DNA of 63,512 nucleotides, the filler included, from Actinomycetota bacterium (GTDB taxonomy: Bacteria > Actinomycetota > Actinomycetes > JAKEEW01), in NCBI GenBank assembly GCA_046725875.1. It is 5 parts of 5 records of this genome, joined end to end, with 100 filler letters (N's around TTAATTAATTAA, not from the genome) between each part and the next. Parts side by side here need not be neighbours in the genome. Positions count along the whole stretch, not along the records: positions 53,560 to 60,011 come from JBKOZJ010000068.1; positions 60,112 to 63,512 come from JBKOZJ010000169.1; 3 more parts are not named here. One strand, written 5' to 3'. Of the stretch, positions 58,336-63,512 are shown in pieces. The notes beneath the pieces were generated by a model, which was not told the origin of the DNA, searched no databases, and saw only the letters and a program-made list of their open reading frames with translations. Position 1 is the stretch's first letter. Each line of letters begins with the position of its first letter. The position numbers and the translations under genes were made by a program.

Positions 58336-59664
58336 GTGTCAAGCCCAATCCGATACGCGGATAGCGGCGACCTTCAGATCGCCTACCAGGTGATCGGGCA
58401 CGGCCCGCTGGACGTCGTCTTCGCGGCCGACTGGGCCAACAACCTCGAGCTGATGTGGGAGAACCCGCAGACGGAGCGCTTCCTCCGGCGGTTCACGAAC
58501 TACGCTCGCCTCATCCTGTTCGACATGCGAGGGATGGGCCTTTCCGATCCAGTCGAGGAGCCGCCGCCGATCGAGGCTTGGATGGAGGACGTTCGGGCCG
58601 TCATGAGCGCGGTGGGATCGCGGCGCGCCGCGCTCGTCGGTCATGGCCACGCCGGCCAGCTCTGCATCCTCGTCGCCGCGGCCCGCCCCGAGCTGACGGA
58701 GGCGCTGGTCACGGTCAACTCATTTGCCCGGCTGTCCCGCGCCCCGGACTACCCGTGGGGGCTGCCGCCAGCGACTCAGCAGGCCGCCCTCAAGGCGATC
58801 GAGGCGGCCTGGGGGACGGGCTCGGTCATGTACTCCGCCCTGACACCCCAGGTCCCGGACCTGGCGTGGGCGAAGGAATGGCTGGCCCGGTTCGAGCGAG
58901 CCTCGGGGAGCCCGCGGCGGGCCGCGCAGAAGCAGCGGCTGATCTTCGACATCGATATCAGGGAAGTGCTCCCGGCGGTCAGCGTGCCGACGCTGGTCGT
59001 GCAGTCGCGCGGCAACCGATGGATACGCCCTGGGCACGGACGGTACCTCGCCGAGCACATCCCCGGAGCCCGGTACCTGGAGTCTCCCGGCGAGGGGCAC
59101 TGGCCATGGGTGACCGAGGACGCAGAGGCGTTCATGGACGAGGTGGAGGAATTCCTAACCGGAGCCCGCCGATCCACCGAGTTCGACCGGGTCCTCGCCA
59201 CCGTGGCGTTCACCGACATCGTCGGGTCGACGGCGATCGCCTCCGAGGTTGGCGACCGGCGGTGGCGGAATCTGCTCGAAGTGCATGGGTCGGTCGCCCG
59301 CCGAGAGATCGACTCGGCCCGCGGGCGCCTCGTCAAGCTGACCGGCGACGGGCTGGTCGCGACCTTCGACGGTCCGGCCCGCGCCATCCGCTGTGTGGCG
59401 GCGATAAGGCGGCTGCTTATCCCGATCGGACTGCGGATCCGGGCCGGGCTCCACACCGGCGAAATCGAGCTTCTGGGTGACGACATCGGGGGGATCGCCG
59501 TGCACATTGCGGCCAGGCTCCTCGGGCTCGCCGGCCCCGACGAGGTGCTGGTATCGTCCACGGTCAAAGACTTGATCATCGGGTCCGGGATCACCTTCGA
59601 GGACCGCGGCAGTCATGCCCTCGAAGGTGTGCGTGACCAGTGGCGGCTGTTCGCCCTCATGTGA
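58336..59664 (+). CDS. Alpha/beta hydrolase-fold + class III adenylate cyclase (LipJ/Rv1900c-like)
   Basis: IAYQVIG, FDMRGMGLSD, FTDIVGST, KLTGDG, GLHTGE, GIAVHIAAR. Confidence 0.9.
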   Translation: MSSPIRYADSGDLQIAYQVIGHGPLDVVFAADWANNLELMWENPQTERFLRRFTNYARLILFDMRGMGLSDPVEEPPPIEAWMEDVRAVMSAVGSRRAALVGHGHAGQLCILVAAARPELTEALVTVNSFARLSRAPDYPWGLPPATQQAALKAIEAAWGTGSVMYSALTPQVPDLAWAKEWLARFERASGSPRRAAQKQRLIFDIDIREVLPAVSVPTLVVQSRGNRWIRPGHGRYLAEHIPGARYLESPGEGHWPWVTEDAEAFMDEVEEFLTGARRSTEFDRVLATVAFTDIVGSTAIASEVGDRRWRNLLEVHGSVARREIDSARGRLVKLTGDGLVATFDGPARAIRCVAAIRRLLIPIGLRIRAGLHTGEIELLGDDIGGIAVHIAARLLGLAGPDEVLVSSTVKDLIIGSGITFEDRGSHALEGVRDQWRLFALM

Positions 59665-59842
59665 CCGTAGACGTGTCAATCCGGTGCAATAGGGCTTCTT
59701 ACCAAGCGCGGGGTCCAAGGGTGGTGTGGACCGCGTGGTTTGGTGCGCCCGCGGGGCGGACGGCCGGTCTGGGTGGACCGGCCGTTCGCGTTTCGCCTGG
59801 GTTGCGTCACGGCGGCTGTGTCCGCCGTGGATGCGTTCCCGG

Positions 59843-60010
59843 CTACGGGAAGGTGACCGAGGTGCCGTAGATGTTCTGGTCCAGGCCGCCGGCATTTGCG
59901 CAGGTGTCGGGGCCGAAGGTGGCATCCGGCAGGGCGGCGCGGCATTGGCGGACGTCGAACCCGTCGTTGAAGCTCTCGCGGGGGTCGGCGCCGGCCACCA
60001 CGTCGCGGTT
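59843..60010 (-). CDS. C-terminal fragment of a probable secreted protein (cut by linker)
   Basis: Not in ORF track: NRDVVAGADPRESFNDGFDVRQCRAALPDATFGPDTCANAGGLDQNIYGTSVTFP*, strong GC3 bias. Confidence 0.6.
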   Translation of the reverse strand, partial: NRDVVAGADPRESFNDGFDVRQCRAALPDATFGPDTCANAGGLDQNIYGTSVTFP

Positions 60011-60011
60011 G

Positions 60012-60111
60012 NNNNNNNNNNNNNNNNNNNNNNNNNNNNNNNNNNNNNNNNNNNNTTAATTAATTAANNNNNNNNNNNNNNNNNNNNNNNNNNNNNNNNN
60101 NNNNNNNNNNN
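60012..60111. other. Assembly linker
   Basis: N run around TTAATTAATTAA. Confidence 0.99.
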
Positions 60112-60453
60112 AAGTTCGAGATAGCGCCGGCGCACCCGGTTGATGCGCTGCGCCGCGGCAATGTCGTCCATCGACACCTGCACGACCCGCTGGAACGTTA
60201 CGAACCCGACGAACAGCAACGACAGGAACGCCACCAATCCGAAGACGGTGAACGCAGCGCTGAACTCGGTGACTTCACCGGCGAAGGCAAGCGCAACAAG
60301 CGTCGTTGAGACCGTGGTGAGGTACATCCCCGCCCGGCCTACCGTCTCGCCCACGGTGGACGAGCGGGCGGTCTGCAGGGTGAAGTGTTCCGTCGTTAGT
60401 ACGGTCAGCATGGCGGAAAGCTCGCCGGCCAACCGCTCTGACTGATCAGTCAT
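60112..60453 (-). CDS. Hypothetical membrane protein, partial
   Basis: LTTEHFTLQTARSST..GR, two TM segments, INRVRRRY; cut by linker. Confidence 0.7.
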
Positions 60454-60596
60454 AGCCCTTCCGCTCCCGCCTGTGTCTCGGGCCGTTGTCAGCGTCCACG
60501 AGCCTATGGAAAGCAGCATCTGAACGGAGGAGCTGCGAAGACAGTGACAGTCCCGCCGGATGTCATCGCGCACAGCCGGACCGACAAACTGGTGCC

Positions 60597-61343
60597 ATGA
60601 GTGGAACGTTGATCGTGACGGGTGGCGGTCGGGGAATCGGAGCGGCTACTTCCCGGCTGGCCGCTGGGCGGGGTTGGGACGTGTGCGTCAACTATCTTGC
60701 GGACGCCGAGGCGGCGGCCAAGGTGGTCGACGAGTGTCGCGCCCAGGGCGCGCAGGCGTTTGCGACGCAGGCCGATGTTGCCGTGGAGGCCGATGTGGTA
60801 CGGCTCTTCGAGAGCGCTGAGCACGAGCTGGGACCGGTTCGCGGCCTCGTCAACTGTGCCGGCATCGTCGCCCCCTACGCGCGGGTCGCCGACATGTCCG
60901 CCGAGCGGATCGAGCGGATGTTCGCGGTGAACCTGCTCGGCACCATGCTCTGTTGCCGCGAGGCGGTGCGCCGGATGTCGCCGGCGAACGGCGGCCGCGG
61001 TGGAGCGATCGTGAACGTTTCCTCCCGGGCTGCCGTGCTTGGCTCTCCTGGGACGTACGTCGACTACGCGGCGGCGAAGGCGGCCGTCGACTCGGTGACG
61101 TACGGTCTCGCCCGAGAGGTCGCCACAGAGGGAATCCGGGTGAACGGCGTGCGGCCCGGGTTGGTCCGTACCGACATCCACGCCGCAACCGGCGAGACTG
61201 GCCGGCTCGACCGGCTCCGGCCGACCATCCCAATGCAGCGTGAAGCGCAGCCCGAGGAGATCGCCGAACCTATCCTCTGGCTGCTCTCGCCCGCGGCCTC
61301 ATATGTTTCCGGCGCGACCCTCGACGTCAGCGGCGCCCGCTGA
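60597..61343 (+). CDS. SDR family oxidoreductase
   Basis: TGGGRGIG, NCAG, NVSS, YAAAK, VRPG. Confidence 0.93.
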   Translation: MSGTLIVTGGGRGIGAATSRLAAGRGWDVCVNYLADAEAAAKVVDECRAQGAQAFATQADVAVEADVVRLFESAEHELGPVRGLVNCAGIVAPYARVADMSAERIERMFAVNLLGTMLCCREAVRRMSPANGGRGGAIVNVSSRAAVLGSPGTYVDYAAAKAAVDSVTYGLAREVATEGIRVNGVRPGLVRTDIHAATGETGRLDRLRPTIPMQREAQPEEIAEPILWLLSPAASYVSGATLDVSGAR

Positions 61344-61476
61344 GCTGGCACCGGTCCGATCGCGAGATGCGACGGTGCGCCGCATCGATCCACTCCCAGA
61401 CCGGTGCGACCGATCTCCTACAGGCCAGTGCGAGGGTGAGTCGGTTGGGCTGTCTCCCGTACGCAGTGGCCACAAC

Positions 61477-61653
61477 AATGGACCGTTGGTTAGAAAAGGA
61501 TCACCTCGATCGAAGATTAATGGACCGTGAGGTCGACGAATGAGGGTCAAATGTCAAGGTGGCGGTCCATGGATCTCCGTTCCGGCGTCGAAAATCAACC
61601 TGGCGGTCCATTGATCTTGCTGGTCCGGCTCAAAATCGATCTAACGGTCCACT
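61477..61653. repeat. Degenerate 41-42 bp periodic repeat tract with an orientation switch
   Basis: TGGACCG at 61479 and 61521; CGGTCCA at 61563, 61604 and 61645. Confidence 0.7.
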
Positions 61654-61855
61654 GTTCGACGCTGAGCCTCGTCGGCGCTGCCAGAGCGCTATCCGGCAAC
61701 GGCCCGACGAGCCCCTCACAAGCCGCCGGAGAACTGATCCAGGTAGACGGTGTCGCCCCCCGCCTGATCCCGGGCTTGTCACCTAGTTGATCGCGCCATG
61801 CCGACCGCCGCGTCGAGACGCCCACCGCGCACGGCGAAAGAATCCTCAGTCAGTA

Positions 61856-61882
61856 TGTCGAGGACCGGCGGCCAGCTCCGAC
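61856..61882 (+). promoter_or_regulatory. ECF42-type promoter
   Basis: TGTCGA-N17-CGAC upstream of the second DGPF-like gene. Confidence 0.7.
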
Positions 61883-61936
61883 GTAACCGGCGACAGGCAC
61901 CAAACCGGGGCCCGAAAGCGAGAAGGAGCAGAGCAA

Positions 61937-62350
61937 ATGGCCAAGTATTTGATCGCGATCCTTGGCAACCAGGCCGCGTACGACGCGATGAACGGCAAGC
62001 CGTCGGAGGGCTTCCCGGCCTGGTCGCCGGAGGAACTCCAGACGATGTTCAATTTCATGGAGTCGCTCAACAATGACCTCGCCGAGTCGGGTGAGTTCGT
62101 CGACGGTCAGGGGCTGGCCGAGCCGCGGCAGGCAGTGCTCGTCACGGGAGGCTCGGACAATACGCCGATCGTCTCTGAGGGGCCCTATCAGGAGACGCAC
62201 GAGCTGCTTGCGGGCTATTGGGTGGTCGACTGCGCGAACATCGATCGAGCCGTCGAGATCGCCAAGCGCGCCTTGAGCTGCCCCGTGCCGGCCGGTACCC
62301 GCCCGGGCCAGATCGTCGTCCATCCGATCCTGGACGCGCCGGCGGTCTGA
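61937..62350 (+). CDS. YCII-related (DGPF-like) protein
   Basis: LAESGEFVDGQGLA, SEGPYQETHELLAGYWVVD; AAGGAG RBS. Confidence 0.88.
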   Translation: MAKYLIAILGNQAAYDAMNGKPSEGFPAWSPEELQTMFNFMESLNNDLAESGEFVDGQGLAEPRQAVLVTGGSDNTPIVSEGPYQETHELLAGYWVVDCANIDRAVEIAKRALSCPVPAGTRPGQIVVHPILDAPAV

Positions 62351-63512
62351 TGGGCGCGCAACCTCGCGTCGAGGACCTGCTGCATGAGCTCGCGCCGCAG
62401 GTCCTCGGCGCGTTAGTACGGCGATATGGGCACTTCGACGCCGCCGAGGATGCCGTACAGGAGGCTCTCATCGCGGCCGCCAAGCAGTGGCCGGAGACCG
62501 GAACGCCAGACAACCCGCGCGGCTGGCTTATCCGGATCGCGTCGCGTCGGCTCATCGACGAGCTACGCAGCGCGGAAGCCCGGCGGCGGCGCGAGGAGAC
62601 TGCCGCCGCCGCGACTCCACAGGAGGAGTTCGCTGCACCGCCGCCGGGGGAGGCCCGCGCACCCAGCGTGGACGACACGCTTGCCCTACTGTTCCTGTGC
62701 TGCCACGCGGCGCTTACACCGGCCTCGCAGATCGCGCTCACGCTGCGGGCCGTGGGCGGTCTCACCACCGCGGAGATCGCCCGAGCGTTTCTCGTACCGG
62801 AAGCCACCATGGCGCAGCGCATCGGCCGGGCGAAGGCGACAATCCGCGCAGCCGGTGCCCGTTTCCGAATGCCTGAGGCCGCCGAACTCCCCAAGCGGTT
62901 CCCGGCCGTCCTGCAGGTGCTCTATCTGATCTTCACCGAGGGTTATACCGCGACCTCCGGGCCGGACCTTCATCGCGCCGACCTGTCTGCGGAGGCGATC
63001 CGGCTGACCCGCGTGGTGCACAAGCTCCTGCCGGACAACGCCGAGGTGGCGGGGCTGCTCGCGCTTATGCTGCTCGTGGATGCGCGGCGGCCGGCTCGCA
63101 CCGGCTCGAGCGGGGAGCTCGTTCCGCTTGCCGAGCAGGACCGCAGCCGCTGGAACCGTTCCGCGATTCGGGAAGGCGTCGCGCTCATCTGGGCGGCCCT
63201 ACCGCACGGCCGCGTTGGCCCGTACCAAATCCAAGCGGCAATCGCGGCAGTCCACGACGAGGCACCAAGCTACGCGGAGACGGACTGGGTCGAGATCCTC
63301 GGGCTGTACGAGCTGCTGATGCGCGTCTCGCCGACTCCCGTGGTCAGCCTCAACCACGCCGTTGCGATGGCGATGGTGTACGGTCCGAAGGCCGGGCTCG
63401 ACCGCCTGGACAAGCTCGACACCGACGGCGTCCTCGCGCAGACGCATCGGGTGGCGGCCACGCGCGGACACCTGCTCGAGATGGCGGGAAACATCGAGGG
63501 CGCGCTAGCCGC
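62350..63512 (+). CDS. ECF42-type sigma factor, 3' end runs off the window
   Basis: Not in ORF track. ATG overlaps the upstream TGA: MGAQPRVEDLLHELAPQVLG..AEDAVQEAL..LLFLCCH..GGLTTAEIARAFLVPE..YLIFTEGY; paralog of 17990-19303. Confidence 0.9.
   Translation, partial: MGAQPRVEDLLHELAPQVLGALVRRYGHFDAAEDAVQEALIAAAKQWPETGTPDNPRGWLIRIASRRLIDELRSAEARRRREETAAAATPQEEFAAPPPGEARAPSVDDTLALLFLCCHAALTPASQIALTLRAVGGLTTAEIARAFLVPEATMAQRIGRAKATIRAAGARFRMPEAAELPKRFPAVLQVLYLIFTEGYTATSGPDLHRADLSAEAIRLTRVVHKLLPDNAEVAGLLALMLLVDARRPARTGSSGELVPLAEQDRSRWNRSAIREGVALIWAALPHGRVGPYQIQAAIAAVHDEAPSYAETDWVEILGLYELLMRVSPTPVVSLNHAVAMAMVYGPKAGLDRLDKLDTDGVLAQTHRVAATRGHLLEMAGNIEGALA

Noticed and set aside
61477..61653. Possible CRISPR array
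   Set aside because: Conserved core too short and degenerate, orientation inverts, period too small, no cas genes; kept only as a repeat

Overview
High-GC actinobacterial DNA, probably a draft genome or MAG. Five contig pieces are joined by four artificial N-TTAATTAATTAA-N linkers (25300-25399, 32786-32885, 53460-53559, 60012-60111), so adjacency across linkers is not biological. Piece 1 (1-25299) is accessory: partial type IB topoisomerase, GNAT, CYTH-CHAD, PhoX-like protein, ArsR/ArsM, an unusual Cys-rich regulator / GTP cyclohydrolase I / RibD-C reductase / ferredoxin reductase / CREST-hydrolase run, several regulator-transporter pairs, a split FluG-like GS + amidohydrolase pair, a DGPF/ECF42 sigma pair and DUF2252. 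Piece 2 has an srsABC-like type III PKS cluster, an HrdD/SigB-like sigma, a CDP-alcohol phosphatidyltransferase and a partial mannose-1-P guanylyltransferase. Piece 3 has tsf-pyrH-frr-cdsA, a DivIVA-VOC fusion, a polyamine uptake/catabolism cluster and an orphan solute-binding protein facing a NIT-domain conservon kinase. Piece 4 is a decayed, IS-scarred region with AraC, a haloacetate-dehalogenase-like hydrolase and a LipJ-like cyclase. Piece 5 has an SDR, a 41-42 bp periodic repeat tract and a second DGPF/ECF42 pair. I saw no rRNA, tRNA or CRISPR. The best candidates for something undescribed are the pterin/redox module (6.5-10.9 kb), the binding protein-kinase pairing, two structured intergenic repeat tracts, and several promoter/operator motifs readable in the DNA. 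All product calls come from motif recognition by eye, with no database searches.
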